From the NCBI GenBank assembly GCA_950097015.1, contig CATNEN010000039.1:10602001-10666000 (forward strand): a stretch of DNA of 64,000 bases, in the 5' to 3' direction. This document shows positions 54,129-64,000 of the stretch, piece by piece. How positions within the stretch are numbered: the stretch's first letter is position 1; each line of letters starts with the position of its first letter. Source of the DNA: Macrostomum hystrix. Taxonomy: Eukaryota; Animalia; Platyhelminthes. A program made the position numbers and the translations under genes. The notes under the pieces were generated by a model, which saw only the letters and a list, made by a program, of their open reading frames with translations, did no database searches and had not been told where the DNA came from.

Positions 54129-54619
54129 TCCTATTGGAGCCAACAGGGGTTTTTATGGACAGCGTCCAGCACGCTTGTGAAAAATTGCCTATGCGGCTGC
54201 ACAGAAAGAAATTCCTGTCTGCGCGGCCGCACCTTGTGTGTGTAAAGTTGTCGTAAGTATGTAGATGTATAACAAACAGTGTGCCCTTGTGCCCCTACAC
54301 GAATACATGCTTTGCAGTGCCCGAGTGCAAAAAGACAACCTTAGCTGTTCTAATCATAGAAATACGGAGATCAAAAAAGGTCATTTGGTACATGCATCTG
54401 TATTTTTGCGCAATCACCATGTACCTGTTCTATTTTTAGAAATACACTATGGAGATCAAAAAAGGTCTTTCAACATTTTTTCATGAAATCAATTACTACA
54501 TTGAGTCAGACTGAAGATATATAGCTATTGCGGATTTGCGCTCTTTTTCTTGAAAACAACTGCGCACCTGCGCGCTTAGCAGGAGTGTCCGTAGCTTTTT
54601 TAAATTTGCTCCATTAGGG
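54129..54619. mobile_element. MITE family C (~490 bp) with 8-9-bp TSD
   Basis: Imperfect TIRs TCCTATTGGAGC / GCTCCATTAGGG flanked by the direct repeat CTTTCAAA. Confidence 0.65.
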
Positions 54620-55679
54620 CTTTCAAAGTATATAAAAAACTGTTTCCTTACTAAAAAATCCTTAATTCAAAAAGAACTAAAAATAATGTTGTCCTTTGTT
54701 ATCATTAAATTTAATTTCTTAGTTTTGAATCCAATAATGATTGCAGCAATTCTCAAAATGTTTTACTTATTCAAATCAAATCACTCAATCAGCCAAGAGA
54801 ACCATATCACTAGGCCTATTGCTATATATAAATGCATGTATGTGTGCTAAGGGCAGTGCCACAATATTCAATTGAGAAAATCGGCCCCTCTGTGCTACTA
54901 GTACTAACACAAGTGAGGGCAGGAAAAACCATAGATGCAATCTAATAAAACTTAAGATAGGGGTCCTATTCTAAAAATGAAAAATGACCTTAAAAGTATA
55001 GCAGAAAAAGACTGATTCTTCAAATATTTAGTGCCTTTAGAATAGGTCTAAAACAAATGCTGAGAAAATTAACCTATACCATCTCATTAAAAGGTAAGTC
55101 TTTTCATGTCAATTGGCAAATTGCAAAAATCTGACAAAACCTTTGCTCATAAACAATGACAAGACCACTTTTTTACATTGAGTGAATAGACACACAAACA
55201 AATATTTTTCATTTTTTGTTTAACTGATTTTTTTGTATTTGTATAGGGCCTACTATATGAAGTCATAACAAAGTGAGCCAGCAGTTTGTATCTAAAATGT
55301 GTTGTGACATTAATTGACTTATCAAAGAGCTTATAAGGCCCCGGCCCCCTACTTTATAGATTTTATCTACTCCTAACTGCATTTTTGCTCTAGTGATGTA
55401 TCATCAATATGACAATAAAAACTAGGCCTTACAAATGCTAGCAAAAAGATAACAAAATAATACGAGCAGAAAGTTAGAACACATGATGTGGGACAGTGGG
55501 CCAAAATGCTTCTGTGCCAAAATGGTTTTGATTCGAAATGGTTAGGCTTAGTATAGACCTAGCTATGGTCGAAATTTTTTGTGTTTGTGGACAAAACAAA
55601 TATGTCCTACATCCTACACTAAAAATGTAGGATGTCCTCGGAATAGGCCTATCCTACACTAAAAATATCATTAGGCCTA

Positions 55680-56322
55680 GGGTAATGTATCATCAACCGA
55701 ACAGTGTATCTTCAAAACCGAACAAGAATTTTGACTTCTTCCTTGGTCTTATGCAAGACAGAAACAAGCTATTGTGTTTCACAGAACAACTAATTTGAAA
55801 GTTGAAGAAATTATCTACAAGCTGAGGCATGATATGCAATGAAGCATTAAGAGGAAAGAAAGATATTGATGTTTCAGTAGAAATTTTTATTGTAAAAGCA
55901 TACTTTTTAACAACATTTTTTCAGTATGTACTTTAGACTAAGATTGTATGTGGTTGCTTGCCAATTAAATGACCATAAATGTAGTTATTTATAGAGCATG
56001 AAAAATGCCTTCAAATGACATAATTCATGATAGTTAACTCCTTAAAATAAGATTAAACCACTCACTCAAATTTTAAAACCAAACATCAAATTCTCTGTTT
56101 GGTTTGAAGATACATGAAAATCATTGTTCGGTTTTAGAAAAAAAAGCAGGAATAACTTTTTTCTATTTGATAAAATAGCAAAAGCAGATACTTTTTAGAA
56201 AGATGTAACTGTTTTCTATAACTTGGCTTTTGATTTATCATCATATCTTAAATAGAAAATCTGTAGCTTAGGTTTGAAGTTAAAAAAATACACATTCTTG
56301 TTTGGTTGATGATACATTACCC
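55680..56322. mobile_element. Tc1/mariner-type MITE family D (~640 bp)
   Basis: TIRs GGGTAATGTATCATCAACCGAAC / GTTTGGTTGATGATACATTACCC, flanked by TA on both sides. Confidence 0.8.
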
Positions 56323-58081
56323 TACTGTGCTATGGTTATGATAAACCTTACTCACAGACAAAGATAATAAATAAAAAAATACATGTGCATCAAAATTGGT
56401 CTGAAAAAGCCTGGTTTCTTTTTATAAAATGGGAATTTTAAATTAATCATTCGAATTATAACTGCTTTTGCGAGATGTATCTACAGTGGTAAGTTGTGGG
56501 GTATCTTCTGGTGGGTGGTTTTGGGTTCGTTTACCATCGAAAGAGATCGGAGAAAAGACAAATAAAACTATGATTACCGGTTTTTTTACTTTTTCACATG
56601 CAATACATATTGTATTGCAACATAAGCATTACATTTTCAGCACTAGCTTAAAAATGCACAAAATAAAAATAAACACACACGGTTTGTTAATAACAAACTG
56701 AATCTTAAAAAGTTTTAATTTCTTTCCACGAAACGTCAACTGCCAGGCAACTAATGGTGCGTTCGTGCTACTACACAAACACAGTCGTAACTACACAAAC
56801 TAGCTAGTCAAGAAATTGTAAATTTCCTAAAAATGCCTTACGACCCTACCTTATTTATATAATATTCTATTGTTTCTGTCTTTTATTAAATGTGGCTAGG
56901 TCAATATGCCTCTATTTTTCGTGATAATATGGCCTAAAAATGGTTCGGTGCCCAGTCGTGCTTTTCGGTATCTTTTTAATGCATTTCGGTTTCCGTCCGG
57001 CCAATAATTTCATTTAAATTTGCCTAAGTTAACATGCATAAATACTGCCAGGGTATGCCTGGCCTAGGTAATCCAGGGTACCTATGTACTGCAGTCTACT
57101 CCAGTGTATGCTTTTATTTTTCTACTGTCCCTTTTTGGTTCTTTTGCTTTAGAAGTGTATATTTCTAAGAGTTATATGTACAATTGTTATATTGGGAGTT
57201 AGAGTGATTGGCATAGGGGTCTAGGCTGTATTTCAAATCACAATTTATGAGTCGTGGAGAAATTACAACAAATTTATGACATAGTCAAGCCATGATATAT
57301 CCAGATTTTATAGAGACAAAACAGTTCTTAAGCAAAAAAGTAGTGTTTGTCTTGCAGAGGCTTGGTTTGTAGATTAACCACTTAATTGGCTATTTGTATG
57401 GCTCTAGCAACTGGCTTATGGAAGATTAACATAGTAGCTGGATCTTAGGCCTATTTACTTCTATATGGTACTTTACTAATAACCTCTTTCTTTTTCTAGC
57501 TAGCTCAATAGCTATATATAAAACAAGTCTTAGATTTCTTGATTTGTTTCTAGAATAGCCAGACCCTTATACAAAGTGATCCATGTAGCTTTAAAAAGAG
57601 TTAGCTATTAAACCAAAAGTATCACTTTCAGTATTTTAATTATCTAGGCTGCACTATTAAAATAAATAAAAAAATACCCTATAACTTGTTCATATTCATT
57701 TGTTTGCTTAGTTAGGCCTATATTATGCTAGAAAATGTAAACAAGAAAAATAAGATTGGGCTGAATGGTAGTAATATATCTTTACTTATTGTTATTCATT
57801 GTCGATATATTATTGTTATATATAGTCATATTGTTCAATTTATAAAAATATTTGTGTGACAATGACATTTTCTATTGATAAAAAATTACCTAAACAAGAT
57901 TTTTGTGTTAAGTCTTTAGTTAACTAATTTTATTGTAAAATTTGTAGCATTTTTAACAAAACTACAATTTCATTCTGAGTTAACTAAAGCCCTAATAAGA
58001 GCCCTGCATTAAAAAGTCAGCAATGTTGAGATTTATTTAATTTGAATTGAAGTTGAAATAGCGCATACATGCGCAACACCC

Positions 58082-59343
58082 AGCAACACCCAGTTGACAT
58101 TAGGTCCATCCATGCCTACTTGCAATAGCTTGCTGGTAGAGATGCCATTGAAAGATGCTAGGAAAGACTCCAAGAGATTGGCTGCAGTGTATAAATGAAG
58201 AAATTGAGAATCGAAGTAAAATGTCTTTACTGGAGGCTCAGTTGAGTCTTCTTCCTCAGTCCAGACAGGAACATGAATGTCCATTTGCGATTGTTGCATG
58301 ATTTTGTTTATCGGTACCAATCCAAAGTTGATTATGTATGGGACTTTGTCGTAGCCAAGGGACATTTCCTTTGCAATGGCACTGTCAGTAAACATGGCTT
58401 TGAATCAATCAGTAATTCCAGCTGCTGAGCGAAATGAAAAGTGTTCGTCTACCATGTAAAAAACACACAGTAGCTCAGCTTGCTCAGAACTGTTCTTCAG
58501 AACTGTTTTTAGTACTTTGTCATTTGTAGCAGCAACTGCAGCAACAGTACCGCCACTAGTAGTGCTCGAATACTTGATGTTGTTGCAATGGCACTCATCC
58601 GATTTAGATGAGTTTTTCCTTTAGCATGGGAAGTTAAGGCCGTCTTTCCTATATTGGAAAGTTGGACTTTCTTTTTGCAGCTTTTGTAGTAAGCTGCATT
58701 TCGATTGCCCGAGTAGGAAGTCACCCAGGAGAATTCCTCTTCCCACTTCTTGTCATAGCAAGTTGTTTTTTTTAAGTGGAACTCATAAGGCTGGAACTGG
58801 AAGGAGTTAGTAGTAAGGTGTACATAAAAATAAAATAATTATATATGTAACATTAGCAAGCTATTTAGTATTTACACCAACTTATTTATACTATAATATT
58901 ATAAGTCAAATATATTACCTAAATGCTATATAAATTTATACAAAAGAATAACAATAAATAGTGATTAAAACAAAATATACACCTTTCTATTAATGGCCTG
59001 GTTAATATATTATCATAGTATGGACTATATATTTTACTGTCAGTGTGATTAGCACAGCAATTATAGATTAGCAATATGTAGGCCTACAAGCCCATAAATT
59101 ATTCATTTAAGAACAAGTATCTGCCAATTTCAAATACCAGCTTTTAAAAACAAAAATACATGGAACAAACAAAACAGATTTACTATTTGAGCTACTTAGT
59201 GCTATCGATTAGCCTCTTTCTTGTCTCACAATTTTTTTCTTCAATTTTCTAATTTACCTTCAAATTTTCCCTGACTTCCTAAGAATTTCCCTGACTTTCC
59301 CTGACTTTCCAGACCACATTTTTCCCTGACCGCGGTCACCCTG
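58082..59343 (-). mobile_element. Decayed hAT-like transposon (left end and broken transposase)
   Basis: Terminus CAGGGTGACC with subterminal TCAGGGAAA repeats; fragments CKKKVQLSNIGKTALTSHAKGKTH (BED-like finger), MFTDSAIAKEMSLG, QMDIHV and QVGMDGPNVNW, with stops and frameshifts. Confidence 0.65.
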
Positions 59344-59677
59344 ACATACCAATCGGATGATTCCATGCTTAGAATCTACCCAACTGGGCGTTTTCTCGGT
59401 GCTTCTTGGTGGCGAAATGGAATCACCCAAAGAATCCTCCATTTCGGAAGATTCCATGCTCAGAAACCGTCGAGGAATCGCCCGTAAATAATTCTCTGGT
59501 TGTCCTATGGGCCACTGGTTCGGGTGATTCTTCGGCGGTTTCCGCACAATTTACGGTTACATCGGCTGCTTCCTGGGTGGTTTCTTTAACTCTTGCGAGA
59601 TAGGGGGGATTTTGGTAGATTCCACTCCTATTTTGCACAAAAAACCCGCCGAAGAAGCAGCCGAATTTTATTCAGGG
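59344..59677. mobile_element. MITE family B, inverted truncated copy
   Basis: Reverse complement of ~25007-25340; cut off at the hAT terminus. Confidence 0.8.
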
Positions 59678-59787
59678 TAGTTATTTTTCTTTCAAAACAA
59701 AAACGTAAATCACATGAAGTCAATATATTTCATCTAATACAATTTACTAATTGCAGCAACTGCAGCTGCACAGTGTTGGAGTCAGCC

Positions 59788-62203
59788 ATGTCTGATGTGT
59801 CTAAACGCAAAGGAAAGAAAAAATATGCTGTCACAGACTCTGATGATCCCAGTAAGCTCACGCCAGATGAGGAAGCAGTTGCCAAGGCATTGCTATGGGA
59901 ACTGCCTCGCAAAGAGGGCAAGCTGGCGGGTATGACAGTGCGCATTTTTCTTGCAGATGAGGTAATAGAATTTCTATTAAAATCGCGCTTTGCGTCGCCT
60001 GGTAAAGGCGGCAAAGAGCCAGTTGTCAAGGACGCCAAATCAGCAGCTCATATTATGTCATCGCTGCTGGATAAGGGCCTTTTCCAGCGAGCTTTAAAGA
60101 TTCAAAAGGACAAACGCGTTGGTGGCAGGCGCGAAGATAAGGTAAGCGAGACAGGCTGACACTAAATATTGATAGACTTGTTTACGCTTGTCAATAGCTG
60201 AACTTAAGAGCTTCATTTTTGTCTTATTTTAATAACTAATATTTGCGGTAGGGCAGCGGACAATGGCACATCATTTAGTGACAGTAGACCCGCAGCCAGC
60301 GAGGAGGCAATATTCTGCCCATTTCACTCTCCTGAGCACACACGCTCAAACAGGTGTACATCTGCCGTGATTTCTCATCGTCAGGCAGTGTACAATTCAC
60401 TGTGCCTTGGAGGTTGGCCCTCAAGGGCGTGAATTGCACGACAAGCCCGAAAGCCTTCTCTTCGTGGCTGCGCCCCAAATGAATGTGGCCTCGCCGCGGA
60501 ATCCAGCTCAGGGACCTCTGTGCGAGTAGCGAAGGCACAGAGTAGAACGCTCTCCCACTCTCCCCCTTCGTCTTCTTCAGTCTGTTGGCAAACGTGAAGA
60601 AGCTGTTAAGTCGGTTGACAAGCCAGTAGCTGATCAGCAATCATCCGCCGACAACAACAACGAATCTGCGGCAGCGGCTGCTCGGGAACGTCGAGAGAAG
60701 CGCGCCCGGGAGCGTCAGGAAAAACGAAAACGCGGTCGGCCCCGATTAGAGATTCACGAAATCCAAGCGTTTGTGCCTAACCCCGGCGAGGTGTACATCT
60801 GGCACTATGATCCCACCCGGCCTAGAAATGTAGTCTTAGGATTCCTTATGGTGCTCGGCTCCATACTGCTCTGCCTGTTCCCTATGTGGCCTCTGCAACT
60901 GCGCACGGGTAAGCTTCATTGTGGGGGGCACATTCATCCTTTCTCTACTGTCTCACCTCTCCCTACTGTCTCACCTCTCCCTTTTCTCTCATCTCTCCCT
61001 ACTGTCTCACCTCTCCCTTTTCTCTCATCTCTCCCTACTGTCTCACCTCTCCCTTTTCTCTCATCTCTCCCTACTGTCTCACCTCTCCCTTTTCTCTCAT
61101 CTCTCCCTACTGCCTCACCTCTCCCTTTTCTCTCATCTCTCCCTACTGTCTCACCTCTCCCTTTTCTCTCATCTCTCCCTACTGTCTCACCTCTCCCTTT
61201 TCTCTCATCTCTCCCTACTGCCTCACCTCTCCCTTTTCTCTCATCTCTCCCTACTGTCTCACCTCTCCCTTTTCTCTCATCTCTCCCTACTGTCTCACCT
61301 CTCCCTTTTCTCTCATCTCTCCCTACTGTCTCACTTCTCCCTTTTCTCTCATCTCTCCCTACTGCCTCACCTCTCCCTTTTCTCTCATCTCTCCCTACTG
61401 TCTCACCTCTCCCTTTTCTCTCATCTCTCCCTACTGTCTCACCTCTCCCTTTTCTCTCATCTCTCCCTACTGTCTCACCTCTCCCTTTTCTCTCATCTCT
61501 CCCTACTGTCTCACCTCTCCCTTTTCTCTCATCTCTCCCTACTGCCTCACCTCTCCCTTTTCTCTCATCTCTCCCTACTGTCTCACCTCTCCCTTTTCTC
61601 TCATCTCTCCCTACTGTCTCACCTCTCCCTTTTCTCTCATCTCTCCCTACTGTCTCACCTCTCCCTTTTCTCTCATCTCTCCCTACTGTCTCACCTCTCC
61701 CTTTTCTCTCATCTCTCCCTACTGTACTGTCTCATCCCTCCTACTGTCTCGTCTCTCCTTACTGTCTGATCTCCCCCTGTCTCATCTCTCTCTGCCTCAT
61801 CTATCTCTGTCTCATTTCTCCCCACTGTCCCATCTCTTCATTATCAATGTGGCCCATTTAATGTGTCTTTGAAGTTCTATTTTCGTTTGGAAACATTTAA
61901 CAACCTATCGATTCGGTTTCCGTCCTGTTTCCAGGCACCTACTACCTGTCAATCAGTGCCCTGTGCCTGTTAGGCGGCCTAATCTGCCTGGCGCTAGTTC
62001 GGTTCCCGCTATTCGGTTTAGTCTGGTGCCTCAGCTTTGGCCGGCTGCAGTTCTGGTTGCTGCCAAATCTAACAGAGGATGTCGGCGTCCTAGAATCATT
62101 CGTGCCAGTCGTCAGCTACGACTGGGGGACAGCATCGTCGGCTCAGGCGTTGAAAAATTCGACAGCTGAGGCGTCTAATGGTGGCGACAAAAAGACCAAC
62201 TGA
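59788..62203 (+). CDS. SEC62: Translocation protein SEC62; exons 59788-60141, 60581-60908, 61935-62203
   Basis: LLDKGLFQRALK, RLEIHEIQAF....VYIWHYDP, LLCLFPMWP, two TM segments, FWLLPNLTEDVGVLESF.P; phase-consistent introns (0,1). Confidence 0.92.
60940..61760. repeat. 36-bp pyrimidine-rich minisatellite, SEC62 intron 2
   Basis: Unit CCCTACTGTCTCACCTCTCCCTTTTCTCTCATCTCT. Confidence 0.95.
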
Positions 62204-62675
62204 AGAATGGTTACAATTTCAAAAATAAAAAATGTCGCTGTTCCATTAGTAACTAGTGTAGTTGTGTATTAGAAAGATTTCTAAGTTAAAATTTTATGCC
62301 TGACTTAAGTCAGAATTGAAGCAGAAAAGCCAGTAATAAATACTTAGTTATTTGTTGCACTTCGATCTGAATCTATCGGAAATGCACTCACCGAATTGTG
62401 TCTAATTCGTTTGTCAGTTTGGTGTGACTTTTCTGGAAACTATTATTATGTTCCTTGTATTCTGTGTATTTCTGTGTGCGCTTATTTTCTAATGCTAAGC
62501 GTCATTATCATCCGTCTGCGTTGTTTTTTCTTGCTTTTTAATCAATCGCTTTTTTCATGCGTTTCCTCTGTTATTGTCTTTTAATTAATTAAATTTTCTT
62601 TATTTGTTGTCTTCCTCGGTGCTTAGGTGAAAAACGGTCAGTTTCATTTTTGTCACCTTAGCTTGCCTGGTTATT

Positions 62676-63682
62676 GGGCCGTATGAATAAAAAAAAGAAA
62701 TTTTTTTCTTGCTAGAAATCCATGAATTTCTTGCGTTTATAAGAATAAAAAACTGCGAGTTTCTTGCAAGATTTTCTCGCCAAGAAAATCTCGAGCTTTC
62801 ACAAGAAAAGATTTACTCGGCAAGAAAATCTCACGAGGAAAAGATTTTCTTGCTTTCTGATGAATAAAAGACGTGATTTTCTCGCCGAGAGAGCCGACAC
62901 TTGAGTTTTATGCGAGCAACTCTTTCTCTGGCTCAAGCGAATCTTCAGCGCCCATAACACGAGACACGAGATGTTCCTTCAGATCAGAAAGACCAAGGAG
63001 TACCTGCCCCGACAGGCCACTCCAGTGGAGACATAGAGACAGCTTCATCGATTCACTGAGGATCACGTGACCTTTCTGACAACGCGCTTCCTAGGACATA
63101 CTTCCGAGACAAGGGGCGGTGCGCTGACACCGAAACAGAAGATGGAGATCACGCTGCGGTACCTGAGCAACCCTGGCTTTCAATCCGGTGTTGCCAAGGA
63201 GACAGGTGTTCATCAAAGCACGGTGTCAAATGTTGTTTGGGACGTCCTGCAGAGTATCGCGCGGCTGTCTCACGAATGGATTCAATTTCCACAGGAAGGT
63301 GCTTCAGCGAACCGTACTAAGGCACAGTTCACTGAAGCAATGGGCTTTTGCCACTTTCTAGTAGGATTTTTCTGGACGGATTTTCGGTGTTCACGTGGTT
63401 TTAGCCATAGACACAGCATGGGCTGCGCCCAAGCCTGAGGAGACGGCCGTCGATTCCACGTCACCGACATCTTGGTTTGGGCCCTAGACAACTTTCAGCC
63501 AAGTGGCAGTCGCCGAGAAAATCTCACGAGCCGAGAAACTTTTATTCATGTCTTTTCTAGAATATCTTGACTCGTAAGATTTTCTCCAACAGATTTTCTT
63601 GCCGGAAAAGAATTTCTTTAAAGAAATTCTTGGCTCGTAAGATAATCTTTAAAGATTTTCTCACGTTTTATTCATACGGCCC
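62676..63682 (+). mobile_element. Internally deleted PIF/Harbinger element
   Basis: TIRs GGGCCGTATGAATAAAA / TTTTATTCATACGGCCC; 3-bp TSD ATT; HARBI1-like N-terminal fragment RGGALTPKQKMEITLRYL..G.HQSTVS..V...WIQFP; no DDE core. Confidence 0.85.
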
Positions 63683-64000
63683 ATTGAGTTAATTGTGAAC
63701 TTCTCAACTTCATTCACTATGTTTGACTGTCATTTCCTAGTCTTTATCTTTGAAAATATTAGCTTTTAACCCGTGAATACTAAGTACTAGCAATGAGGAC
63801 ATGCACCATTGAATTATTCCAAAAATGACTTGTGCGTCTTTTGCTCTAAAAATTGCAACAACTGCATAAGTAGGCCGTAACGTAATATAAGAGTCATCAG
63901 ATTCTACTGACTAGTTCATTTGACGTTTATTCTACTATTTAATAGAAAATTTATCTACTTTACCTTGTAGTTTTTTATTTCGAGTTTATCTGATTGACTG

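Noticed and set aside
60355-60395. Possible hammerhead ribozyme (minus strand CTGACGA...GAAA)
   Set aside because: GAAA falls in the stem II loop rather than after it, and no stem III or cleavage triplet is evident.

Overview
Eukaryotic (metazoan) genomic DNA with GC-rich exons, AT-rich spacers and a different minisatellite in almost every long intron or spacer. This architecture most resembles a free-living flatworm such as Macrostomum (inference, not tested). Genes on +: ZFYVE21 (4502-7811), a frameshifted PAN/apple-domain gene (21547-21862) and SEC62 (59788-62203). Nine genes lie on the - strand: ELL, KAT5/Tip60, PRELID3, a repeat+RRM-like gene, DPH2, a small putative mitochondrial membrane protein, BBS4, an acidic orphan, and a secreted PAN + multi-C-type-lectin-like gene. 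The most striking signal is that four conserved genes (ZFYVE21, DPH2, KAT5, ELL) have no genomic ATG for their N-terminus; each reading frame starts in phase 0 right after a 3' splice acceptor. This is what is expected if a trans-spliced leader ending in AUG supplies the initiator, and the closely spaced minus-strand genes look like a trans-spliced operon. Other signals: minisatellites made from duplicated exon/intron junctions (one giving in-frame tandem 5' splice sites), a structured candidate poison segment in SEC62 intron 1, a pair of RFX X-boxes, several MITEs and decayed mariner, hAT and Harbinger elements, and tRNA-derived SINEs. All exon boundaries were read and phase-checked by eye, and gene names come from recalled motifs rather than a database search.
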